Assembly (NCBI GenBank): GCA_965204755.1
Contig: OZ242011.1
Coordinates: 2,880,001-2,944,000, forward strand
DNA: 64,000 nt
Reading direction: 5' to 3'
Source of the DNA: Candidatus Marinacidobacterium sp.
Lineage (GTDB): Bacteria; Acidobacteriota; Vicinamibacteria; Marinacidobacterales; Marinacidobacteraceae
Shown here: piece after piece, positions 57,183-64,000 of the stretch
Layout: every line of letters begins with the position of its first letter
Numbering within the stretch: the stretch's first letter is position 1
Program-made: the position numbers and the translations under genes
Notes under the pieces: generated by a model
What the model was told of the DNA's origin: nothing
Seen by the model: the letters and a program-made list of their open reading frames with translations, nothing else
Databases searched by the model: none

Positions 57183-58568
57183 ATGCACTACCTGACGGGC
57201 AAGAGCCTTCCGAGGCGGAGTTTCCTGCGGGGCGCGGGGGCGGTGGTGGCGCTGCCGTTCCTGGACGCGATGGTTCCGGCGAGCGCGGCGGCGAAGGTCG
57301 CGGGCTCGGCGGACCGGACGCGCCTGGTTGCGGTGGAGATCGTGCACGGCGCGGCGGGGAGCAACAAGTACGGCCGGGAGAACCACCTGTGGTCCCCGGA
57401 GGCGGAGGGGACGGAGTTCGACCTGTCCCGGGGGGCGCTGGCGCCGCTGGAGCCGGTTCGGGACTATGTGACGGTCGTGAGCGACTGCGATGTGGAGCCG
57501 GCGGAGGCGCGGACGGCGCGGGAGATCGGCGGCGACCACTTCCGTTCGAGCGCGGCGTTCCTGACGCAGTCGTATCCGAAGCAGACGGAGAGTTCCGATG
57601 TGTATGCCGGGACTTCCCTGGACCAGTTGTATGCGCAACGGTTCGGGCAGGAGACTCCGATCCCTTCGATGCAGTTGTGCATCGAGACGGTGGACCAGGC
57701 CGGGGGCTGCGCGTACGGGTATGCGTGCGTGTACACGGACACGATCAGTTGGGCTTCCCCGACGGAGCCGCTCCCGATGACGCGTGACCCCCGGATCGTG
57801 TTCGACCAGTTGTTCGGCGCGGGCGGGACGCCGGAGGGCCGGCTGGCTCGGCAGGAGGCGCGCCGGAGCGTGCTGGACTTCATCTCGGGGGAGGTGCGGG
57901 ACCTGAAGCGCAGTCTGGACTCGGAGGACCTGCGGCGGATGGACCGGTACCTGACGGACATCCGGGAGATGGAGCGCCGGATCGAGCGGATCGTCGCGCG
58001 GAACACGAGCGGGGAGTTGCGTGACCTCCCGGATGCGCCTTCGGGGGTTCCGGACTCGTTCGACGAGCATGTGAAGATCATGTTCGACCTGCAGGCGTTG
58101 GCGTTCCAGTCGGACATGACGCGGGTGTTCAGTTTCAAGTTGGGTCGGGACGCGTCGAGCCGGGTGTATCCGGAGAGCGGGGAGTCGACGGCGTTCCACC
58201 CGGCGTCGCACCACGGCAACGACCCGGAGCGGGTGGAGATCCTGGGTCGGATCAACCGGTACCATGTGGGTTTGATTCCGTACTTCATGGAGAAGTTGCG
58301 GAGCATCGAGGAGGGTGACCGGACGCTCCTGGACAAGACGATGATCGTGTACGGGTCTCCGATGGGTGATCCGAACATCCACAACCACAAGCGGGTCCCG
58401 TTCTTCGTTGCGGGCGGGGCGAACGGGGCGCTGGAGAACAACCTGCACCTGCGTGCGGCGCCGGGGACGCCCTTGGCGAATGTGATGCTGTCGCTGCTGC
58501 GGCGGTTGGGCCTGGAGGACCTGGAGAGTTTCGGGAACAGCACCGGGGAGTTTTCGCTTTCGGCGTAG
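57183..58568 (+). CDS. DUF1552 domain protein
   Basis: RRSFLRG...LPFLDAM, YACVYTDTISW, FHPASHH, HNH; follows DUF1592. Confidence 0.9.
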   Translation: MHYLTGKSLPRRSFLRGAGAVVALPFLDAMVPASAAAKVAGSADRTRLVAVEIVHGAAGSNKYGRENHLWSPEAEGTEFDLSRGALAPLEPVRDYVTVVSDCDVEPAEARTAREIGGDHFRSSAAFLTQSYPKQTESSDVYAGTSLDQLYAQRFGQETPIPSMQLCIETVDQAGGCAYGYACVYTDTISWASPTEPLPMTRDPRIVFDQLFGAGGTPEGRLARQEARRSVLDFISGEVRDLKRSLDSEDLRRMDRYLTDIREMERRIERIVARNTSGELRDLPDAPSGVPDSFDEHVKIMFDLQALAFQSDMTRVFSFKLGRDASSRVYPESGESTAFHPASHHGNDPERVEILGRINRYHVGLIPYFMEKLRSIEEGDRTLLDKTMIVYGSPMGDPNIHNHKRVPFFVAGGANGALENNLHLRAAPGTPLANVMLSLLRRLGLEDLESFGNSTGEFSLSA

Positions 58569-58603
58569 GCCGGGGGCGTGACCTGGTAGCGGGAGTGAGG
58601 GCC

Positions 58604-60634
58604 ATGGGCGTTCTGACGAGGACACGGGTTCTGGCGCTTTCGGCGCTGGTGAGCGCTGCGGCTCTGGCGGTGGCGGCAGCGCCGTCGTCGGGTCCGGTGT
58701 TGGAGGCGGCGAAGCGGGGCGATGTGGAGTCGGTGCGGGCGGAGTTGCGTTCGGGTGGTGATGTGAACGCGGCGGAGGGGGACGGTTTCACGGCGCTGCA
58801 CTGGGCGGCGAAGCGCGGCGACGCGGAGTTGGCGGGTGTCCTGTTGTCTGCGGGAGCGGACTTCCGTGCGACGACGCGGCTGGGCGCGCACCAGCCGCTG
58901 CATGTGGCGGCGGCTGCGGGTGAGGCGGAGGTGGCGGAGGCGCTTTTGTCTGCGGGAGCGCCGGTCAGCGCGCCCACCGGTACCGGCGCCCGGCCGATCC
59001 ACTACGCGGCGGCTTCGGGGAGCGCCGCGATCGTGGAGACGCTCGCCTCCCACGGCGCGGATGTGAACGCCGTCGAACCCGGCTGGGGCCAGACCCCGCT
59101 GATGTTCGCCGCCGGAGTCGGCCGGCCGGAGACGGTGGGCGCCCTCCTCGAAGCCGGCGCCGACCCGGCGGTCACCGCGGCGGTGCTCGATGTGGCGGCG
59201 CGGGGCGAGGCCGACCTGATCGCCCGCCGCGCGCGGCAGGCCCGGGTGGACCGCGAACGCGGCGGCGCCGGGGTCATCTACGACCCGCGGGAACGCGACA
59301 AGCAGCGGCGGGCCGCCCAGCGCCGGGCGCGCGCGGCGGCGGCGAAGGCGGAACGCGAGAAGGGCCGCACCGGGGAAGCGGCGGCCAAGCCGGCGGAGGC
59401 GCCCGCGACGGCGGCGGTCGGCGGAACCGGCGCTGCCGGCGGAACCGGCGCTGCCGGGGACATCCTGAAAAAGGACGGCAAGAGCGCGGAAGAGGCGGCC
59501 GCCGAACAGGCGGAGAAGGACGAACACGCGGAAGCCCACGGGCACCCGGAAGACGAGGCCGCCCGCCTGGCGAAGGAGGAAGAGGCCCGGAAGAAGGCCG
59601 GGGACAAGGAGAAGAATCGCCGGCAGCCGCTCCGCTACTCGGAACTGGTCGGGACCCACGGCGGCCTGACCGCCCTGTTGCTGGCGGTCCGCGACGGCCA
59701 CCGGGAAGCGGCGGTGACCCTCATGGACGGCGGCGCGGACCTGGACCAGCGCGCCGACGGGCACCGCACCACTCCGCTCCTCATGGCGGCGATCAACGGC
59801 CACTACGACATCGGCATGGATCTCCTGCAGCGCGGCGCCGACCCGAACCTCAAGAATGTCTCCGGCGCGGCGCCGCTCTACGCGGCGATCAACGCGCGAT
59901 GGATTTCCCAGCCGTTCCATCCGCAGCCTTCCGACCACCTGCAGCAGGAGACCTCGCACATCGAGTTCATGGAGGCGCTCCTCGACGCCGGTGCCGAGGT
60001 GGACGCCCGCCTGCAGCGGAAGCAGTGGTACAGCACCTACAACACCGACCAGTTGGGCGTGGACCGCGCCGGCGCGACGGCGTTCTGGCGCGCGGCCTAC
60101 GCGCTCGACATACCGGCGATGAAGATGCTGGTGGCGCGGGGCGCCGACCCGCACATCCCGACGATGAAGGTCCCGGAGCGCACGCTGCGGCGGCTCACCT
60201 CGCTCATTGACGAAGACGCCGAGGAAGACCCGTCCGGTCTTCCGGAAGTGCCGTACGGCGGGCCGGGGGTGCACCCGATCCACGCGGCGGCCGGAGTCGG
60301 CTACGGCCTCGGCCTCGCTGCCAACTCCCACCGGCACGCTCCGGAGGCCTGGCTTCCGGCGGTGAAGTACCTGGTCGAAGAACTCGGCGCGGACCCGGAC
60401 GCCCGCGACCACAACGGATACAGCGTGATCCACCACGCCGCCTCCCGCGGGGACAACGAGATGATCGAGTACCTGGTCTCGAAGGGCGCCGACCCGCTGG
60501 CGATCGCCCGCACCGGCCAGACGACCGTGGACCTGGCGAACGGCCCGGTGCAGCGCATCAGCCCGTTCCCGGAGACGATCGCGCTGCTCGAGGGTTTCGG
60601 CGCCAAGAACAACAACCGCTGCGTAGGCTGCTGA
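58604..60634 (+). CDS. Secreted ankyrin-repeat protein
   Basis: GFTALHWAA, GQTPLMFAA, TPLLMAA repeats; C-terminal CVGC. Confidence 0.9.
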   Translation: MGVLTRTRVLALSALVSAAALAVAAAPSSGPVLEAAKRGDVESVRAELRSGGDVNAAEGDGFTALHWAAKRGDAELAGVLLSAGADFRATTRLGAHQPLHVAAAAGEAEVAEALLSAGAPVSAPTGTGARPIHYAAASGSAAIVETLASHGADVNAVEPGWGQTPLMFAAGVGRPETVGALLEAGADPAVTAAVLDVAARGEADLIARRARQARVDRERGGAGVIYDPRERDKQRRAAQRRARAAAAKAEREKGRTGEAAAKPAEAPATAAVGGTGAAGGTGAAGDILKKDGKSAEEAAAEQAEKDEHAEAHGHPEDEAARLAKEEEARKKAGDKEKNRRQPLRYSELVGTHGGLTALLLAVRDGHREAAVTLMDGGADLDQRADGHRTTPLLMAAINGHYDIGMDLLQRGADPNLKNVSGAAPLYAAINARWISQPFHPQPSDHLQQETSHIEFMEALLDAGAEVDARLQRKQWYSTYNTDQLGVDRAGATAFWRAAYALDIPAMKMLVARGADPHIPTMKVPERTLRRLTSLIDEDAEEDPSGLPEVPYGGPGVHPIHAAAGVGYGLGLAANSHRHAPEAWLPAVKYLVEELGADPDARDHNGYSVIHHAASRGDNEMIEYLVSKGADPLAIARTGQTTVDLANGPVQRISPFPETIALLEGFGAKNNNRCVGC

Positions 60635-60669
60635 CCTCCGACGGCGCTCGAGCGGCGCCGTTCATCATC

Positions 60670-60702
60670 AACCGGGCCGGGCGGATTTCCGCCGGCCCGG
60701 TT
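60670..60702. terminator. Hairpin between convergent ankyrin gene and recQ
   Basis: AACCGGGCCGG...CCGGCCCGGTT stem; no strong U-tract. Confidence 0.4.
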
Positions 60703-60791
60703 CCTCCCGCGTAGGGATTTCGCCGCCGGGAAAACCGGGGCGCGCCGGCGCTCCAGGGTCGCGCGCGACCGGCGGCGAGGTCGCCCGGCGG

Positions 60792-62765
60792 CTACGGCGT
60801 TGCGGCCGCCGGTTCCGGAGCCGCGGCGGTGGTTTCGACTCGGGGGAACCGGCGAACGACTTCGAGGAAGGCGTCCCCGTAGCGTTCGAGTTTCGCGGCG
60901 CCGACGCCCTGGATGTCCTCGAACTCGGCGCGGTCGGCCGGGCGCCGCTCGGCCATCTCGACCAGCGAGGAGTCGTGGAATACCACATACGGCGGCACGC
61001 CGTTCTCCCGGGCGAGGGCGAGTCGGAGTTCCCGGAGGGCCTCGAAGAGCGGTTCGGCTTCCGCCGCCAAGTCGTCGCGCCGCCGTTTCGGTGCCCGTTC
61101 CGCATCGGGGGTTCTTCGCCGCGAGCGGGGCCGGGGCGCGAGGTCGCGGCGCAACTCGATGGACCGCTCCTTCCGGAGCACCGGCCACGACGCCGGAGTC
61201 AGTTTCACGGAGCCGTGCCGCTCCATGTCGACCCTGACCAGCCCGCGCGCCGCCAACTGGCGGAACACCGACCGCCACTGCCGGGCGTCGAGGTCGCTCC
61301 CGACCCCGTAAGTCGGCAGGCGGTCGTGTCCGTACGCGCGGATGCGGTCGTCCCCGTCGTCGCCCCGGAGGATCCGGATCAGGTATTCCCGCCCGAAACG
61401 TTGCCCGGTCCGATACACCGCGGACATCGCCTTTTGCGCCGGCACCGTGCCGTCCCAGGACTCCGGCGGCTCGAGACAGTTGTCGCAGTTGCCGCAGTTC
61501 CCGTCCCGCTCCTCGCCGAAGTAGGCGAGCAGCGCCCTCCGTCGGCAGCCGGTCAGTTCGCAGTAGCCGAGGAGCGCTTCCAGTTTGCGCGCGCTCACCC
61601 GCTTGTGCCGCTCGTCGGCGTCCGAAGTGTCCACCAGACTGCGGAGGCGCGCGACATCGGAGGTTCCGTAAGTCATCCAGGCCGTCGCCGGCTCACCGTC
61701 GCGGCCCGCCCGCCCGGTCTCCTGGTAGTAGGCCTCGAGGCTCTTCGGCAGGTCGAGGTGCGCCACGAACCGCACATCCGGTTTGTCGATGCCCATCCCG
61801 AACGCGATCGTCGCCACGATGACCACCCCGTCCCGCTCCATGAACGCCTCCTGCGCCGCCTCGCGTTCCGCCGCGGCCAGTCCGGCGTGGTACGGCCGGG
61901 CGTCGAGCCCGCGTTTCCGCAGCCAGTCGGCGGTTTCTTCCACGCCCCGCCGGGAGAGGCAGTACACGATGCCGGCGTCCCCTTCGTGTTCACCGAGGAG
62001 ACCGCGGACCAACTGCTGCTTCGGGTTGTCCTTGGGCGTCACCCGGTACCGGATGTTCGGGCGGTCGAAACTGGCGATGAACCGCCCGGCGCCGCGCAAC
62101 CCGAGCCGCTCGAGGATCTCGCGGCGGGTGGGCTCGTCGGCGGTCGCGGTGAGCGCCAGCCGGGGCACTCCGGGAAAGCGCTCACCGAGCGCCGCGAGTT
62201 CCAGGTACTCGGGTCGGAAGTCGTGACCCCAGGAGGCGACGCAGTGGGCTTCGTCTATCGCGATCAGGGCCAGGTCCACGCCATCGAGCAGCGAGAGCGC
62301 CCGCTCGCCGAGCAGACGTTCCGGCGCGGCGTAGAGCAGGTCGAGTTCGCCGCGGCGAACCCGGTTCTCGACCTCCAGGACTTCGGGATAGGAGAGCGTG
62401 GAGTTCAGGCTGGCGGCCCGGACGCCCTGCTGCCGGAGCGCGGCCACCTGGTCGTTCATGAGCGAGATGAGCGGCGAGACCACGACGCCCAGCCCCGGGC
62501 GGACGAGCGCCGGGACCTGGTAGCACAGCGACTTCCCGCCCCCGGTGGGCATGAGCACCAAGGCGTCCCGGCCGGCGAGCACCTCCCGGATCACCGCCTC
62601 CTGGTGGCCGAGGAACCGGTCGAATCCGAAGACCCGGCGCAGGACCTCCCCGGCGCTCGCGATTCCGTCGGCTTCCACCGCCTCGTCCGCCTCGCGGCCT
62701 CCTCCGGCGCCCCGGGGTTCCTCGACCGGCGCTCCCGCCGTGCGCCGGCCCGTTTCTCGCCCCAC
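60792..62765 (-). CDS. recQ: ATP-dependent DNA helicase RecQ
   Basis: [29 protein letters not shown], Zn-binding Cys cluster, HRDC; start GTG 62765 or 62678. Confidence 0.95.
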   Translation of the reverse strand: MGRETGRRTAGAPVEEPRGAGGGREADEAVEADGIASAGEVLRRVFGFDRFLGHQEAVIREVLAGRDALVLMPTGGGKSLCYQVPALVRPGLGVVVSPLISLMNDQVAALRQQGVRAASLNSTLSYPEVLEVENRVRRGELDLLYAAPERLLGERALSLLDGVDLALIAIDEAHCVASWGHDFRPEYLELAALGERFPGVPRLALTATADEPTRREILERLGLRGAGRFIASFDRPNIRYRVTPKDNPKQQLVRGLLGEHEGDAGIVYCLSRRGVEETADWLRKRGLDARPYHAGLAAAEREAAQEAFMERDGVVIVATIAFGMGIDKPDVRFVAHLDLPKSLEAYYQETGRAGRDGEPATAWMTYGTSDVARLRSLVDTSDADERHKRVSARKLEALLGYCELTGCRRRALLAYFGEERDGNCGNCDNCLEPPESWDGTVPAQKAMSAVYRTGQRFGREYLIRILRGDDGDDRIRAYGHDRLPTYGVGSDLDARQWRSVFRQLAARGLVRVDMERHGSVKLTPASWPVLRKERSIELRRDLAPRPRSRRRTPDAERAPKRRRDDLAAEAEPLFEALRELRLALARENGVPPYVVFHDSSLVEMAERRPADRAEFEDIQGVGAAKLERYGDAFLEVVRRFPRVETTAAAPEPAAATP

Positions 62766-62791
62766 CTCCGCCGGAAATCCTAGCCCGCGAG

Positions 62792-62977
62792 TTTTCCCGG
62801 AGGACGGTGACGAGTCGACGGGGATCGGCGCCCCGGCAGGCCCGCGAGAGGCCCCTTTCGGCTTGCATCCGGCGGCTTCCCCGATTTTCCCGGAGGACGG
62901 TGACGAGTCGACGGGGACCGGCGCCCCGACAGGCCCGCGAGAGGCCCCTTTCGGCTTGCATCCGGCGGCTTCCCCGA
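62792..62977. repeat. 93-bp direct tandem duplication in divergent promoter region
   Basis: 62792-62884 vs 62885-62977, about 2 mismatches. Confidence 0.9.
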
Positions 62978-62984
62978 CTACTCT
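62956..62984 (+). promoter_or_regulatory. Putative sigma70 promoter TTGCAT-N17-TACTCT
   Basis: Canonical spacing, 60 nt upstream of ATG 63045. Confidence 0.5.
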
Positions 62985-63044
62985 CCGTAGTCGTTCCGTA
63001 CCCTGTCGGCGGGCGTGTATCCGCACTCCGGGCCGAGGTCTGAA

Positions 63045-64000
63045 ATGCCCCGTTTTTCCAGTAGTTATGCCGTAGCCGCCGGGCTCGCCGGTCTGCTCGC
63101 CGCAGCCGCGTCCGAGGCTGCCGCCACCGGCCAGAACGCGCCGGCTCCGTCGGCCGCCGTGGTCGCCGGGGTGCGGGCGTTCGAACCGGGCAGGGAGGCG
63201 CCGGCGACGAGCGGAGGGGCATCGGCCGCGGTCTCGGCTGCGGAAGCGGAAGCGGCGGCGCACAACCGCGTCATCCGCACCTACTGCATGGTGTGCCACA
63301 ACGACCGGATGCGGACCGGGAACATGACGCTCTCCGGGTTCGACGCCGGGGACGCCCCCGGTTCGGCGCCGCTGGCGGAGAAGGTGGTTTCGAAGTTGCG
63401 GCTGGGGATGATGCCCCCGCCGGGCGCCCGCCGGCCGGACGACGCGGTTCTCGAAGAGATCGCGGTTTCGCTGGAGGGGCAGTTGGACACGGTTTGGGCG
63501 GCGTCCCCGGAGCCGGGCCGGCGTTCGTTCCAGCGGTTGAACCGGGCGGAGTACACGGCGGCGGTGCGCGACCTGCTGTCGCTGCCGATCGACGCTTCGG
63601 AGTATCTGCCGCAGGACACGATCAGCGCGAACTTCGACAACATCGCGGACGCGCAGATGCTTTCGGCGACCCTGATGGACGCGTACCTGCGGGCGGCGAG
63701 CGAGATCAGCCGCCTCGCCGTCGGCGACGCCCGCGCGACGCCGGCCGAAGTCGGCTTCCATGTGTCGCGCTGGGCGTCCCAACTGGACACGGTGGAGGGC
63801 GCCCCGTACGGCACCCGGGGCGGGATCTCGGTCGAGCATGTGTTCCCCGCCGACGGCGAATACCGCTTCCGCCTCGCCTTCCACCACGAGACCACCGGCG
63901 CCATCGTCGGCTCCGGTTCCGGCTCCCTCCACACCTTCGGCAAGCCGGAACAGATCGAGATCTCCATAGACGGCGCGCGCGTCGCGCTGCTCGAAGTGGA
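63045..64000 (+). CDS. Second DUF1592 domain protein (partial, runs off right edge)
   Basis: Not in ORF track; [13 protein letters not shown] signal, CMVCH, near-identical DNA to 54797-55273. Confidence 0.9.
   Translation, partial: MPRFSSSYAVAAGLAGLLAAAASEAAATGQNAPAPSAAVVAGVRAFEPGREAPATSGGASAAVSAAEAEAAAHNRVIRTYCMVCHNDRMRTGNMTLSGFDAGDAPGSAPLAEKVVSKLRLGMMPPPGARRPDDAVLEEIAVSLEGQLDTVWAASPEPGRRSFQRLNRAEYTAAVRDLLSLPIDASEYLPQDTISANFDNIADAQMLSATLMDAYLRAASEISRLAVGDARATPAEVGFHVSRWASQLDTVEGAPYGTRGGISVEHVFPADGEYRFRLAFHHETTGAIVGSGSGSLHTFGKPEQIEISIDGARVALLEV

Noticed and set aside
59270-59640. Novel domain inside the ankyrin protein
   Set aside because: Ala/Glu/Lys-rich low-complexity linker with a short internal duplication.
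62766-63932. N-terminal extension of RecQ (1046-aa ORF)
   Set aside because: Upstream part is the promoter duplication and the antisense of the DUF1592 gene.

Overview
High-GC bacterial chromosomal window. The gene content (DUF1592/DUF1552/ankyrin triads, NHL-repeat and S9 peptidase genes) suggests Acidobacteriota or Gemmatimonadota, but this is only inference. Housekeeping blocks (trkAH, acs, pepA; lhgO, ctaA, DPP-IV, amidohydrolase; xth, recQ) flank a ~21.5 kb anti-phage defence island (10375-31935). The island carries: a RapA/SNF2 helicase paired with an actin/Hsp70-fold protein; a 9-copy phased 15-bp repeat array upstream of an AAA14/DUF4143 ATPase-nuclease; a Type III R-M system translationally coupled to a MORC/GHKL histidine kinase and a receiver protein with a HEPN-like RxxxxH motif; Vsr plus a C5 methyltransferase; a fused CapRel-like toxSAS; and a PD-(D/E)XK-like protein. 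A second small island (42853-45873) holds a decayed ABC ATPase and a GmrSD(DUF262)-Schlafen/AlbA_2 fusion. Other observations: two copies of a 221-bp MITE, one in frame inside a lipoprotein signal peptide; a radical SAM/flavin halogenase-like/PLP decarboxylase/SSS transporter operon; paralogous zincin genes sharing an ECF-type promoter; near-identical DUF1592 paralog segments; and apparent AGCT/ACGT depletion in core genes. No tRNA, rRNA, CRISPR array or integrase was seen. All calls come from motif reading by eye; no searches were run.
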